A stretch of 54,719 nucleotides of DNA from assembly GCA_045114235.1 (NCBI GenBank), contig JBGUKB010000047.1, positions 1-54,719 on the forward strand, written 5' to 3'. The first letter of the stretch is position 1. Each line of letters starts with the position of its first letter. The translations under genes were made by a program, and so were the position numbers. This DNA is from Victivallales bacterium. GTDB lineage: Bacteria > Verrucomicrobiota > Lentisphaeria > Victivallales > UBA1829. Below the pieces are notes generated by a model. That model saw nothing but the letters and a program-made list of their open reading frames with translations, had not been told where the DNA came from and did not search any database. Below, piece by piece: positions 8,331-17,965 of the stretch.

Positions 8331-9830
8331 TCAGTTTTCCTGCATGTAGTTCGGCGCGTCGCGCGTCATGATGATGTCGTGCGGATGCGCCTCCTTCAGG
8401 GCGGAGGGGCTGACGCGCGTGACCTTGGCGCGGGCGCGGAGCTCGGGGATGGTCTTGGTGCCGCAGTAGCCGAGGGAGTAGCGGAGGCCGCCGATGAACT
8501 GGCAGAGGACTTCGCTGAGGGAGCCGCGGTAGGGGACCATGCCTTCGACGCCCTGCGGGACGATCTGCTTCACGTCGTCGGTGTCCTTCTGGCCGTAGCG
8601 TTCGCGGCTGCCCTTGGATTTCTGCATGGCGACGAGGCTGCCCATGCCGCGGTAGAGCACGTAGCGGCGGCCGTTGCGGAACGTCTTTTCGCCGGGCCCT
8701 TCGAGCGTACCGGCGAGCACGGAGCCCATCATGACGCAGGACGCGCCGACCGCGATGGCCTTCGGCACGTCGCCGGACTGCTTGATGCCGCCGTCCGCGA
8801 TGATCGGGACTTCCTCGCCGATGGCCTTGTACGCCTCGTAGATGGCGGAGACCTGCGGGGTGCCGACGCCCGCGACCACGCGCGTGGTGCAGATGGAGCC
8901 GGGGCCGATGCCGACCTTCACCGCGTCGACGCCCGCGTCGAGCAGCGCCTTCGCGGCTTCGTACGTGGCGATGTTGCCTGCGACGACGTCAATGCCGGCG
9001 TATTTGTCCTTGATGTACTTCACGGTGTCGATCACGCCCTTGCTGTGGCCGTGCGCCGTGTCGATCACGAACGCGTCGACTCCGGCCTGCGCCAGCGCCT
9101 CGATGCGGTCTTCGTTGTACGGGCCGACCGCGGCCGCCACGCGCAGACGGTGCTCGGCGTCGCGGTTGTACGCCGGCTCCATGTTCTCGATGAGCGTGCG
9201 GACGTCGGTGAAGCTGAAGAGGCCGGTGAGCCTGCCGTCCTTGTCGATGGTCGGGAGCTTGCCGACTTTGTTCTTCATCATGAGCTGGAAGGCGTCCTCC
9301 AGCGAGGGCGCGCCGTTGGCGTAGACGACCGGCTTGGTCATCACGTCGCGGATCGGGATGTCGAAGCTAGAGAGGAACTTGATGTCGCGGGCGGTGATGA
9401 TGCCGACGAGCTTGCCTTCGTTGTTCACAATGGGGAACCCGGAGAACGAGAAGTTGTGCGCTTCCTTGTAGTTCAGCATCTCCTGCACGGTCTGGTCCTC
9501 GCGGAACGTGATCGGGGTCTTGATGAAGCCGTTGAGGTAGAATTTGACCTTGCGGACTTCCTCGGCCTGCGTCTGCACGTCGAGGTTCTTGTGGATCACG
9601 CCGATGCCGCCCTGCTTCGCCATGGCGATCGCCATTTCCGCCTCGGTCACGGTGTCCATGGCGGCGCTCACGAAGGGGATGTTCAGCTTGATGTTGCGCG
9701 AAAACTTCGTGGAGATGTCGGTATCCGAGGGCAGGAAATCGGCATACTGGGTCAGGAGGGAGATGTCGTCGAAAGTGAGGCTTTCGAACTTGAAGTTCGC
9801 CATGAAGGCGTCGATGTTTTGATTGCTCAT
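8331..9830 (-). CDS. guaB: IMP dehydrogenase with CBS pair
   Basis: [43 protein letters not shown]. Confidence 0.97.
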   Translation of the reverse strand: MSNQNIDAFMANFKFESLTFDDISLLTQYADFLPSDTDISTKFSRNIKLNIPFVSAAMDTVTEAEMAIAMAKQGGIGVIHKNLDVQTQAEEVRKVKFYLNGFIKTPITFREDQTVQEMLNYKEAHNFSFSGFPIVNNEGKLVGIITARDIKFLSSFDIPIRDVMTKPVVYANGAPSLEDAFQLMMKNKVGKLPTIDKDGRLTGLFSFTDVRTLIENMEPAYNRDAEHRLRVAAAVGPYNEDRIEALAQAGVDAFVIDTAHGHSKGVIDTVKYIKDKYAGIDVVAGNIATYEAAKALLDAGVDAVKVGIGPGSICTTRVVAGVGTPQVSAIYEAYKAIGEEVPIIADGGIKQSGDVPKAIAVGASCVMMGSVLAGTLEGPGEKTFRNGRRYVLYRGMGSLVAMQKSKGSRERYGQKDTDDVKQIVPQGVEGMVPYRGSLSEVLCQFIGGLRYSLGYCGTKTIPELRARAKVTRVSPSALKEAHPHDIIMTRDAPNYMQEN

Positions 9831-9967
9831 AAGCTGCTCCGATCATTTGCGCCGGGCCGCGTCAGCACTTGGCAACGGCTGTTTTTATCAATACCATTTG
9901 CCATTATAATATACTATGCTTTTTTGTTTTTGCAATTCGCAAATCAAAGATTTGACTCTTTTTCCCG

Positions 9968-10002
9968 AAAAAAAGCATCCGCCCCCGGATGGAGACGGAT
10001 GC
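9968..10002 (-). terminator. Intrinsic terminator after the 10028-10978 gene
   Basis: gcatccgtctcc-atcc-gggggcggatgc stem plus T7 on the minus strand. Confidence 0.75.
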
Positions 10003-10027
10003 CGGAAAAAACAGAGAGAAACGACGC

Positions 10028-10978
10028 TCAGAGGCCGAAGGGCTTGAGCTGTTCCGCGAGGGCGTCGTCGTCCTTTGACGCCTCGACCTGTTCGATCTGC
10101 CAGGTCTCGATGTGCTCGGCGCAGTCGCCGGGTTCGACCGACTCCTCCGGGCCGAGGGATTCGATCTCGAGCATGCCGGGCTCGGTGTAGAACTCGGCGT
10201 TGCAGCCGTAGTCCGGGTAGTTCGCGCCGGGGAAGAACGCGAAGCGCTTGATGAAGAGCTCGGAGCCGAAGTCGTAGGCCGCCCAGCCGGGCTTGATCAT
10301 GCCGCCGAATTTCTGCTTGGACGGATGCGCGTCGTCCTGGCTCATGCGGATGAAGCGTTTGCCCCAGACGAACCGCGGATCCGCCATGTTCGTGAACTGC
10401 CACAGCACGAGGGCGCGTCCGGCGGCGAAGGACTGGCCTTCGCCGGGGCCGTGCGGTACGAAGGGCTCCTGCGGGACGATGACCGTGCCGCCTGGCGCCA
10501 TGACGGAGAGCGCCCACGGGGCGAACTTGGCCGCCCACGGGCCGCGGTTGTAAATGCGGTGGTCGACCTTCACGAGCGTGCCGGAGTCCGGGAGCTCGAT
10601 CACGATCTCCTTCTGGAGACGGGACGTGGTCTCGGTCTCGCAGGTGAGCGTGAGGCGGGAGCAGGGAATGTTGATGTCGCCGAAATGGATGCGGACGTTC
10701 TCTTCCCATTTGTACTTGACCGGCTGGACGTCCGGGTAATAGGTGCGCGTCCAGACTTCCGGCGCGTGCCACAGGCGGTGTCCGCCGTAGCTCTGCCAGG
10801 TGTCCTGCGAGACGTTCGCCATCTGGTCGTCGAAGTTCTTGAAGAAATTCGCGCCGCCCTTGCGCTTGAAGGACAGGACGCGGGGGCCGAGGCCGACGGA
10901 GACGACGAGTTCGATCTCGCCGTTGTCGAGGAGGAGGCAGTCTTTCCAGCCTTTGTATTCGATGGTTTGCAGGCTCAT
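10028..10978 (-). CDS. Conserved hypothetical protein, probably galactose-mutarotase-like beta-sandwich (DUF4380-like)
   Basis: GPRVLSF, YGGHRLWHAPE, YPDYGCNAEFY, LEIESLGP motifs. GGAGG-free but coding-like composition. Fold assignment is inference. Confidence 0.7.
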   Translation of the reverse strand: MSLQTIEYKGWKDCLLLDNGEIELVVSVGLGPRVLSFKRKGGANFFKNFDDQMANVSQDTWQSYGGHRLWHAPEVWTRTYYPDVQPVKYKWEENVRIHFGDINIPCSRLTLTCETETTSRLQKEIVIELPDSGTLVKVDHRIYNRGPWAAKFAPWALSVMAPGGTVIVPQEPFVPHGPGEGQSFAAGRALVLWQFTNMADPRFVWGKRFIRMSQDDAHPSKQKFGGMIKPGWAAYDFGSELFIKRFAFFPGANYPDYGCNAEFYTEPGMLEIESLGPEESVEPGDCAEHIETWQIEQVEASKDDDALAEQLKPFGL

Positions 10979-11022
10979 GATCGGAGGTTCCTTTCAGGTG
11001 TGATATGTAAGATGGTTTGAGT

Positions 11023-12312
11023 TCAGGATTGAAGATGCTTCAGGGCTTTTTCCGCGATGTCATGGCGGTACTGCATGTTCTCCCAGGAGATCGGGGCCAG
11101 CGCCTCGTAGACGGCGTCGATCGCCGCCTGAATGGTCGGCGCGCTCTTCGACACGACCAGCACGCGGCCGCCCTTGTTCACGAACTTGCCGTCCTGCATG
11201 GCGGTCCCGGCGTGGAACACGACCGCGCCCTTCGACTCGGCCTCTTCGATGCCGCTGATGACATGGCCCTTCACGATGGGCCCCGCGGGGTATTCGCCGG
11301 ACGCCAGCACCACGCAGACGCAGGGATCGGGATTCCAGTCGAGCTTAACCTCGGCGAGCCGTCCGGTCGCGGTCTTGTAGAGGGCGTCGGCGAGGCTGGA
11401 ACGCAGGCGCGGGAGCACGGCCTCGGTCTCGGGGTCTCCGAAACGCACGTTGAACTCGAGCACCTTCGGGCCGTCCTTCGTGACCATGATCCCGGCGTAG
11501 ATGAGGCCACGGTAGTCGAGGTTTTCCGCCTGAATCCCGGCGAGGAAGGGATCAAGCACTTTCTTCTGCACTTCCGCCATCAGGGCGTCGGTCACGACCG
11601 GGGCGGGCGAATACGCGCCCATGCCGCCGGTGTTCGGGCCCTTGTCGCCGTCGAGCTGGCGCTTGTGGTCCTGCGAACTGGCGAGCGCGGTGATCGTCTT
11701 TCCGTCGACGAGCGCGAAGATGGACGCCTCTTCGCCGACGAGGAGCTCCTCCAGCACGACGCGGGCGCCGGCGGCGCCGAACGCCCCGCTGAAACACGCG
11801 TCCACGGCGGCGAGCGCGTCGGCGCGGTCCTTCGACACGATCACGCCCTTGCCCGCGGCGAGGCCGTCCGCCTTCACGACGAGCTCGCGCCCGGCGTCGT
11901 ACTGGGCGTTCACATAGGCGCGGGCGTCCGCGGCGTTGTCGAACGTGGCGAACGCAGCGGTCGGGATGCCGTACTTATCCATGAACTTCTTGGAGAAATC
12001 CTTGCTGCCTTCGAGCTGGGCGGCGGCCTTCGAAGGACCGAAGACCGGGATGCCCTTCGCGCGGATCAGGTCGGCCGCGCCGTCGCACAGGGGCGCTTCC
12101 GGGCCGACGACCACGAAGTCGATGCCGTTCGAGGCGGCCCAGTCGGCGATGGCGGGCCAGTCGGAGCCGGGGACGTCCGCCGGGCATTTGGCGATCTGCG
12201 CGATGCCGGGGCTGCCGGGGATGCACGCCAGGCGTTCCGTTTCCGGGCTGAGCTTCAAACTGCGGCAGATCGCGTGTTCACGGCCGCCGCTTCCGAGCAC
12301 GAGGATATTCAT
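11023..12312 (-). CDS. purD: Phosphoribosylamine--glycine ligase
   Basis: LGSGGREHA, VVGPEAPL, LEGSK, KADGLAAGKGV, QDHKR..DGD.GPNTGGMGAY, EFNVRFGDPE. Confidence 0.97.
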   Translation of the reverse strand: MNILVLGSGGREHAICRSLKLSPETERLACIPGSPGIAQIAKCPADVPGSDWPAIADWAASNGIDFVVVGPEAPLCDGAADLIRAKGIPVFGPSKAAAQLEGSKDFSKKFMDKYGIPTAAFATFDNAADARAYVNAQYDAGRELVVKADGLAAGKGVIVSKDRADALAAVDACFSGAFGAAGARVVLEELLVGEEASIFALVDGKTITALASSQDHKRQLDGDKGPNTGGMGAYSPAPVVTDALMAEVQKKVLDPFLAGIQAENLDYRGLIYAGIMVTKDGPKVLEFNVRFGDPETEAVLPRLRSSLADALYKTATGRLAEVKLDWNPDPCVCVVLASGEYPAGPIVKGHVISGIEEAESKGAVVFHAGTAMQDGKFVNKGGRVLVVSKSAPTIQAAIDAVYEALAPISWENMQYRHDIAEKALKHLQS

Positions 12313-12459
12313 AATCGGGGGGTCTCCTTGCGTAATATGGACGACGGAACGCCGCCGTCATGTTTTTATAAAAAGAAACACGATAATCTACACGCGGAAA
12401 CGGGAAAAGTCAAGGCGGCACGCGCGGGAAACGCCCGAAAAACGGGAAACCGGAAGCCG

Positions 12460-14409
12460 CTATGCTTTTGCCGTCTGCTCCTGGAGCGGGAGGAAGAGCG
12501 AGAACGCCGCGCCGGGGGACTCTTCGGAGGCGGGGTCGAGCTGGAGCCAGCCCTTGTGCGAGATCAGGATGCCGTACGCCATGGAGAGGCCCATGCCGGT
12601 CCCCTGCCCGACCGGCTTCGTGGTGAAGAACGGCTCGAAGATGCGCGCACGCAGGTCGTCCGGCACGCCGGACCCGGAGTCCCTGATGCGGATCACGCAG
12701 TAACGGGCGTCCGGGGTGATGTCGGCGTCCGGCGGCGGGAGCGGATCGACGCCAAGCGCGGCGGGCGTGCCGAGCGAAATGGTGATGCGGCGGTCGTGTT
12801 CCGGGATCTTCCGCACGGCGTCGCGGGCGTTCATGAGCAGGTTCAGGATGACCTGCTGGAGCTGGACGGGGTCGCCGCGGACGACCAGCGGCGCAGCGGT
12901 CCCGTCGTCCGGCCTGCCTTGTTTCGGCAGATCGAGGTTGAAGTCGATCCCCGCGGCGGACGGCAGGAACATGGCGGCGGAGGTGTTCAGGAACGCCGCG
13001 AGGTCGATCTCCGAGGCGGTGAAGTTGCCGCGCCGGGCGAATCCGAGCAGGTCGCGCGTGAGCGTGGCGGCGCGCTCCGTGATGGTGTCGATGACCTCGA
13101 TGTGACGGCGGGCGTTCTCCTCGCGGACGGGGTACATGTACTTGATGAGGTCGAGGTGCCCCTGGATCGCCTGAAGGAAGTTGTTGAAGTCGTGCGCGAT
13201 GCCGCCCGCGAGCTCGCCGATGGACTCGAGGCGCTGCCGGTGGAACGTCTGTTCGCGCCACACCTCGCGTTCGCGTTCGAGCCGCGTCCGTTCGGTCACG
13301 TCGCGCCCGTGGACCAGCACCATCGGGGTCTCGTCGATGACGACGCGGTTGATGGCGAGCTCGAGGATACGGTCGGTGCCGGGCGGCGTGGCGGTGTAGC
13401 GCGCCTCGGGTTCGGTCAGAAGCGCGTCCCACTTTTCCCGTTCGATCCCGGCGAGTTCGAGGAACGATTTATCCTTGAGCTCGTCGGCGGTGGTGCGGAA
13501 CATCGTGGCGGCGGAGTCGTTGACCTCGGAAATGACGCCGTCGGAATCAGTCAGGAAAATGCTCGCGACGGCGTTGCGGAACAGCACGCGGTAGCGTTCC
13601 TCCGTGTCGCGCAGCGTCTTTTCCAGCTCGACGCGCCTGCCGTAGTTGCCGAAGAACGCGATCACGATGTCGAGCGCGCCGCGGCCCTCGCCGGGCAGCT
13701 CGTAGCGGATGCGCGAGATGTAGAACGTGATGATGACGCTGAGCCACAGCACCATGAGCGTCTTGAAGAGGTAGGACGTCTCCAGGTCAAGCCACCAGTC
13801 CGGGCGTCCCCAGCGGTACACGGCGGAAAAGACCAGGGCGTCGCTCAGCTGGACCGCGATGAGCGAAGCTGCCACGCAGAGGAAGAGGTTGATGCGGCGG
13901 TTGCGGAGCCCCTGGTAGAAGATCGGGATCAGGAAGATATCGACCGTGAAGGACAGCACGTTGGCGGCCATCACGCGCAGACTGCTGCGCATCATGGCGG
14001 CGAACGCAACGGGGAGCTGGTCGGAGGCGGTGTCCGGCGGCGGGAGCATTTCCGCCTGGGTCACGGTGAGGTGCGCCAGGTACAGATACAGCGCAAGCGA
14101 GATCATGAGCCCGATGATCACGCGCTGGGCGGACAGCGTGCCGTCGGCGATGTAGATGACCGCGAGAATGCCCAGGAACGGCAGCATGAGCACGCCGGAC
14201 GAAAGCGGGATGTCGAACCCGGAGTACCCGGTGACGATCGTGATGCCGCCCGCGCCCGCGAACTGCGTGAACCCGAAGAGCAGACCCATCGCGACGTAGG
14301 ACGCAGGCGCGCCGAGCTGTTTTTTCAGGCCGTGAAGCAGCAGGAGCGTCACGAAAAGGAAGGTCATTTCGAGAACGGCCAGTGCGATGCTGAAAAACGT
14401 GGTGTCCAT
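12460..14409 (-). CDS. Sensor histidine kinase: VUT/YhhQ-like membrane domain + PAS + HisKA + HATPase, no receiver
   Basis: H-box LAGGIAHDFNN, N-box QVILNLLMNARDA, DSGSG, FEPFFTTK, GTGMGL. PAS-like segment (YRVLFRNA...EVNDSA). Multi-TM N-terminus. Confidence 0.9.
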   Translation of the reverse strand: MDTTFFSIALAVLEMTFLFVTLLLLHGLKKQLGAPASYVAMGLLFGFTQFAGAGGITIVTGYSGFDIPLSSGVLMLPFLGILAVIYIADGTLSAQRVIIGLMISLALYLYLAHLTVTQAEMLPPPDTASDQLPVAFAAMMRSSLRVMAANVLSFTVDIFLIPIFYQGLRNRRINLFLCVAASLIAVQLSDALVFSAVYRWGRPDWWLDLETSYLFKTLMVLWLSVIITFYISRIRYELPGEGRGALDIVIAFFGNYGRRVELEKTLRDTEERYRVLFRNAVASIFLTDSDGVISEVNDSAATMFRTTADELKDKSFLELAGIEREKWDALLTEPEARYTATPPGTDRILELAINRVVIDETPMVLVHGRDVTERTRLEREREVWREQTFHRQRLESIGELAGGIAHDFNNFLQAIQGHLDLIKYMYPVREENARRHIEVIDTITERAATLTRDLLGFARRGNFTASEIDLAAFLNTSAAMFLPSAAGIDFNLDLPKQGRPDDGTAAPLVVRGDPVQLQQVILNLLMNARDAVRKIPEHDRRITISLGTPAALGVDPLPPPDADITPDARYCVIRIRDSGSGVPDDLRARIFEPFFTTKPVGQGTGMGLSMAYGILISHKGWLQLDPASEESPGAAFSLFLPLQEQTAKA

Positions 14410-14475
14410 GTCTGCTCAGGCTGAGGCGGGGTTATGCGGTTCGGCGGGTCCGGTTCGTCTTGTGGTCGGATGCGC

Positions 14476-15570
14476 TCAAGTTTCCGTTTCGTCGCCGGTC
14501 TCGGCGGCAGCCTCCGGGCCGTGAAGGCGTTCGCGGAAACGTTCGGCACGGCATTTGCCGCGTTCCATGGGCGACAGCGCCATGTTCGTGCGGCAGCAGA
14601 GGTGCGCGGGCTGGCATTCGAGGAGAAGTTCCGCCCAGTCCTGCCGCGTGAACTGCCGGAAGACGCCGGAATCCGCGCCGAGCTTCATGATGGAAAGGGC
14701 GTCGAGCGCTTCCGAGGTCGGGATGAGATAGGTGTTGCGGAGCAGCCCGTAGGCGCGGCCGCAGGCGTTCAGGAACAGCAGTTTCTGGCGGCTGATGAGC
14801 TCGGCGCGGGTGCGCTCCTCCTCGCGGGAGATCGCCGTGACGATCTCCGTCATGCGGAGCCCCAGGTCCTCCTCGCGTTCGCCGAGCGTGGTCCGGTTGG
14901 AAATGAGGAAGAGGTTTCCGGCGGGCTTCCCGTCGACCGGGAAATACGGCGCGGCGGTGAGCCCGGCGTCCTCCAGGCGTTCGAGGATGCGTTTGCGGCG
15001 GCCGGAGAGCCCGAGCGCGGGCAGATGGATCAGGAACGTGATCCTGAGGCCGGTCCCGGCGAGCGCGGGCGCACTGGTCAGATAACCGTAGCGCGGATGG
15101 AACGCAAACCGAAGGTGGCGTGCAAGCGCGGACTCGAGCTCGGACATCCGGTCCCAGGTCTCGCGGAACGCCGATCCCGGCGCGGTCATGTGAAGCCAGA
15201 TGTGGTCGTCGCCGTTCAGGAGGACCGAGGTAGACCCGTCCTCGGCGCAGACGAAGACGCGGCAGGCGGCGATGTCCGTCTGCGAACGGTCCATCAGCTC
15301 GCGTTCCACGAGCAGATCGCGGTCGGACGTGGTCAAAAGTTCGTGCTTGATCTGGAACATGCTCGGGAGCAGGCCGTGCACATCCTCGTGGTGCATGGCG
15401 GCGAGCGTGAGCTCGGCGACCGACTCCAGAACGTTCGTGGACGCCGTCGCGGGGAACTGGAACCCCTCGATGTTGCGCGAGAGCGACAGGAACGTGGAGA
15501 GGATGGGGCCCTGTCCGATGAAGACCGGGCCCTTCGCCGCGAGGTGGCGGATGCGCGGATGGAAGATCAT
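14476..15570 (-). CDS. mcsB: McsB-like ATP:guanido phosphotransferase homologue with degenerate catalytic motifs
   Basis: SRN, GYLTS.P..GTGLR, HLPAL and GNLFLISN.TTLG motifs; overlaps mcsA (ATGA). Confidence 0.85.
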   Translation of the reverse strand: MIFHPRIRHLAAKGPVFIGQGPILSTFLSLSRNIEGFQFPATASTNVLESVAELTLAAMHHEDVHGLLPSMFQIKHELLTTSDRDLLVERELMDRSQTDIAACRVFVCAEDGSTSVLLNGDDHIWLHMTAPGSAFRETWDRMSELESALARHLRFAFHPRYGYLTSAPALAGTGLRITFLIHLPALGLSGRRKRILERLEDAGLTAAPYFPVDGKPAGNLFLISNRTTLGEREEDLGLRMTEIVTAISREEERTRAELISRQKLLFLNACGRAYGLLRNTYLIPTSEALDALSIMKLGADSGVFRQFTRQDWAELLLECQPAHLCCRTNMALSPMERGKCRAERFRERLHGPEAAAETGDETET

Positions 15571-16217
15571 GAGCTCTTCCTCCTTCCGCGGGCACGCGTC
15601 TTTTTCGGCGTTTCAGGGGCGGATTCGTCCGGGATGAATTCGGCGGACTTGAGTTCGGTCTCGATCGCGGCGATCTTGTCGCGGATCTCGGCCGCCTGCT
15701 CGAACTCCTCGCGCCGGACGGACTCGTCAAGCCCCTTGCGGAGGCGTTCGAGTTCGCGCCGCAGTCCGATGCGTTCGGAAACCGCCGGATCGTGCCACTG
15801 CTCGACCGTTTCCGGCGGCGTCTTGCCGCAATGCACGCTGCCATGCTGATTGAGCTCGATATCTTCAAGAAGAAGATGATTGAACTGCTCGTAGCAGGCG
15901 GCGCACCCGACCTTGCCGGTTTTCCTGTATGCGTGCCAGCTTGCGCCGCAGGCCTCGCACAGCAGGTCCTGCGCTTCCTCCTCCTGCGGCTTCTTCTGGT
16001 CGAAGAGCTCGGCGAGTTTCAGATCGGCGCTGTTCGCGATCGCCTGCGTGAGACGTTCGAGCATTTCGTGAAAATGCGAATTGGCGGCGTTCCCCTCGGC
16101 CAGGTTGCGTTTCTTCGCGCATTCCGGGCAGATATGGAGGGTGTTTGTCTCGCCGTTGACGATTTCCTGTATGTGAATGGTGGCCGGATTGGCCTTGCAG
16201 ATCTGGCATAACATCAT
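15567..16217 (-). CDS. mcsA: McsA-like protein (CxxC x4 + UVR domain)
   Basis: MMLCQICKANPATIH...HICPECA...CEAC...GKVGCAACY...HCGKTP...EEFEQAAEIRD. Start is 16217; the ORF-track extension to 16475 is spurious. Confidence 0.92.
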   Translation of the reverse strand: MMLCQICKANPATIHIQEIVNGETNTLHICPECAKKRNLAEGNAANSHFHEMLERLTQAIANSADLKLAELFDQKKPQEEEAQDLLCEACGASWHAYRKTGKVGCAACYEQFNHLLLEDIELNQHGSVHCGKTPPETVEQWHDPAVSERIGLRRELERLRKGLDESVRREEFEQAAEIRDKIAAIETELKSAEFIPDESAPETPKKTRARGRRKSS

Positions 16218-16265
16218 AGTTCGCTCCGTGTTCTTTCCGTTCAATTGCTCATGGAGTCCGTAAAA

Positions 16266-16294
16266 CAATGTATCACGCGGGAAAGCGGATTGCA
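16266..16294 (-). promoter_or_regulatory. Sigma70-type promoter for mcsAB
   Basis: TTGCAA-17-TACATT with TGn extended -10 on the minus strand. Confidence 0.55.
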
Positions 16295-16429
16295 AACCGC
16301 GGAACAAAAAAAGTCCGAAAAAGCATCCGCCCTTTCCCTGATGCGCCACATCCGTGCAGGGTTTCATTCTGCCGGCGTCTCCCGTCATCCGGCATCGGGC
16401 GTTTCCGCACCGAAAAACGCGAAAATGAT

Positions 16430-16458
16430 TTGCATTTTCCGCGTGCGCATGGTATAGT
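16430..16458 (+). promoter_or_regulatory. Sigma70 promoter of rnpB
   Basis: TTGCAT-17-TATAGT, ending 6 nt before the RNA 5' end. Confidence 0.75.
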
Positions 16459-16464
16459 AGATGC

Positions 16465-16816
16465 GTGAACTGCAACGGCGGCCGCTTTGCTTTGCAAAGA
16501 GGAAAGTCCGGACTCCACAGGGCAGGAAGTCCTTCTTCAAGAAGGATGCCGCGGGGGCAACCCCGCGGGAAGGAAAGCGCAACAGAGAACAGACCGCCGG
16601 ACGTTTTCGGACGGACGGCAAGGGTGAAACGGCGGTGTAAGAGACCACCGGGCTCCGGAGCGATCCGGGCCGCATGGCAAGCCCCTTCCGGAGCAAGGCC
16701 AAATAGGGAACGATGCCGCTGCCCGCGGCGTTATCAGTTCCGGGTTCTGGCCGCTTAGACAGATGGCCGCCCCCGCGGAAACGCGGAGACAGAATCCGGC
16801 TTATGTTGCAGTTCGC
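16465..16816 (+). ncRNA. rnpB: RNase P RNA (bacterial type A)
   Basis: GAGGAAAGTCCGGACTCC, AGGGTGAAACGG, GGAGCAAGGCCAAATAG and ACAGAATCCGGCTTA conserved regions. P1 helix gtgaactgcaac/gttgcagttcgc. Confidence 0.95.
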
Positions 16817-16837
16817 CTTTTTGGGATCGAAAACGCT

Positions 16838-17947
16838 ATGAAAATCGTATCGCTCATAACAGATCTGGATCCGGCTGGGGCGGAACGCGTCCTGACCGAC
16901 GTGGTGTGCAGCCTCTTCGCACGCGGGCACACGTGCGACGTGCTGTCCCTGATGGCGCCGCCGCAGGACGACTGCCTGGTGGACGCGCTTCAGACTGCCG
17001 GGGCGCGCGTGGCGTTCCTGAACGCGACCAAGCTCGATTTCTTCGTGCTGCCGTTCCTGGTGCGGTACGCGCTTCAGCGCCTGGAGCCGGAGATCGTCCA
17101 CTCGCACATGATGCACGCCAATCTGCTGGCGCGTTTCGCGCTCGCCGGCAGCGGGATCCCGCTCGTGAACACGATCCATATCGCCGACCGCCGCCGCACG
17201 CAGGGGTTCTACTTCATGCTGGACCGCATATCGGTCCGCCACGCGACCGCGCTGACCGCCGTCTCCAAGGCCGCCGCGCGGTTCCATTCCGCCGTCTGCC
17301 GGATCCCGCGCAAACGGTTCCGCGTGGTGTACAACGGCTGCGACCCCGTGGAGCCCGCCACGCCGGAGGAATGCCGCGAATTCCGCAAATGGTGCATGAT
17401 GGAGGGCTGCACGAAAGTGATCGGATCCGTGGGGCGGCTCGACCGCCAGAAGGGATACGACCTGCTCTTCGACCGCATGAAGGCGCTGTCCGACCGCGTG
17501 CCGGAGGGGGAGCGCTGGGGCGTCGTCATCATCGGCGAGGGGCCGGAGCGCGACGACCTGGAGCGGCGCGTGCGGGAAATGAACTTCCCGAACCTCGCGT
17601 TCGCGCTGCCGGGATACCGCTCGGACGCCCGCAGCCTGATGGCGGCGTTCGACGTCATGGTGATCCCGTCCCGCTATGAGGGCTACGGGCTCACACTTGT
17701 CGAGGCCATGACGCTCGGACTCCCCGTGGTCACGTCCACCGCCGATTCCCTTCCCGAACTCTGCGAACAGTACACGGACGGCTTCGCGCAATGCATCGAT
17801 TTCAACCACGACCCGGACGGGATCCGGCTGGCGAAGGCGCTGTACGAGGCGGCCCAGGCGGGCCGGTCCAAGCCCTTCGTGCTGTGCTCCGTCGCACGCA
17901 TGGTCGATGAATACGAACAAATCTACAACGAACTGACAGGCAATTAA
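16838..17947 (+). CDS. Glycosyltransferase family 4
   Basis: MKIVSLITDLDPAGAE, IVHSH, VYNG, VGRLDRQKG, PSRYEGYGLTLVEAM. Start moved to 16838 because the upstream ORF part lies in rnpB. Confidence 0.92.
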   Translation: MKIVSLITDLDPAGAERVLTDVVCSLFARGHTCDVLSLMAPPQDDCLVDALQTAGARVAFLNATKLDFFVLPFLVRYALQRLEPEIVHSHMMHANLLARFALAGSGIPLVNTIHIADRRRTQGFYFMLDRISVRHATALTAVSKAAARFHSAVCRIPRKRFRVVYNGCDPVEPATPEECREFRKWCMMEGCTKVIGSVGRLDRQKGYDLLFDRMKALSDRVPEGERWGVVIIGEGPERDDLERRVREMNFPNLAFALPGYRSDARSLMAAFDVMVIPSRYEGYGLTLVEAMTLGLPVVTSTADSLPELCEQYTDGFAQCIDFNHDPDGIRLAKALYEAAQAGRSKPFVLCSVARMVDEYEQIYNELTGN

Positions 17948-17965
17948 GACAGGAGACACGCTCCC

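Noticed and set aside
12313-12412. Purine or ZTP riboswitch in the purD leader
   Set aside because: Only a simple hairpin (gacggcgg/ccgtcgtc) after a TTGACT-17-TAGATT promoter; no aptamer consensus.
7923-14424. Long plus-strand ORFs (755 aa, 1135 aa)
   Set aside because: Antisense to guaB, purD and the kinase; typical stop-poor shadows in high-GC DNA with no motifs.
16218-16837. N-terminal extensions of mcsA and GT4, and the 97-aa ORF 16465-16758
   Set aside because: They run through promoters and the RNase P RNA.
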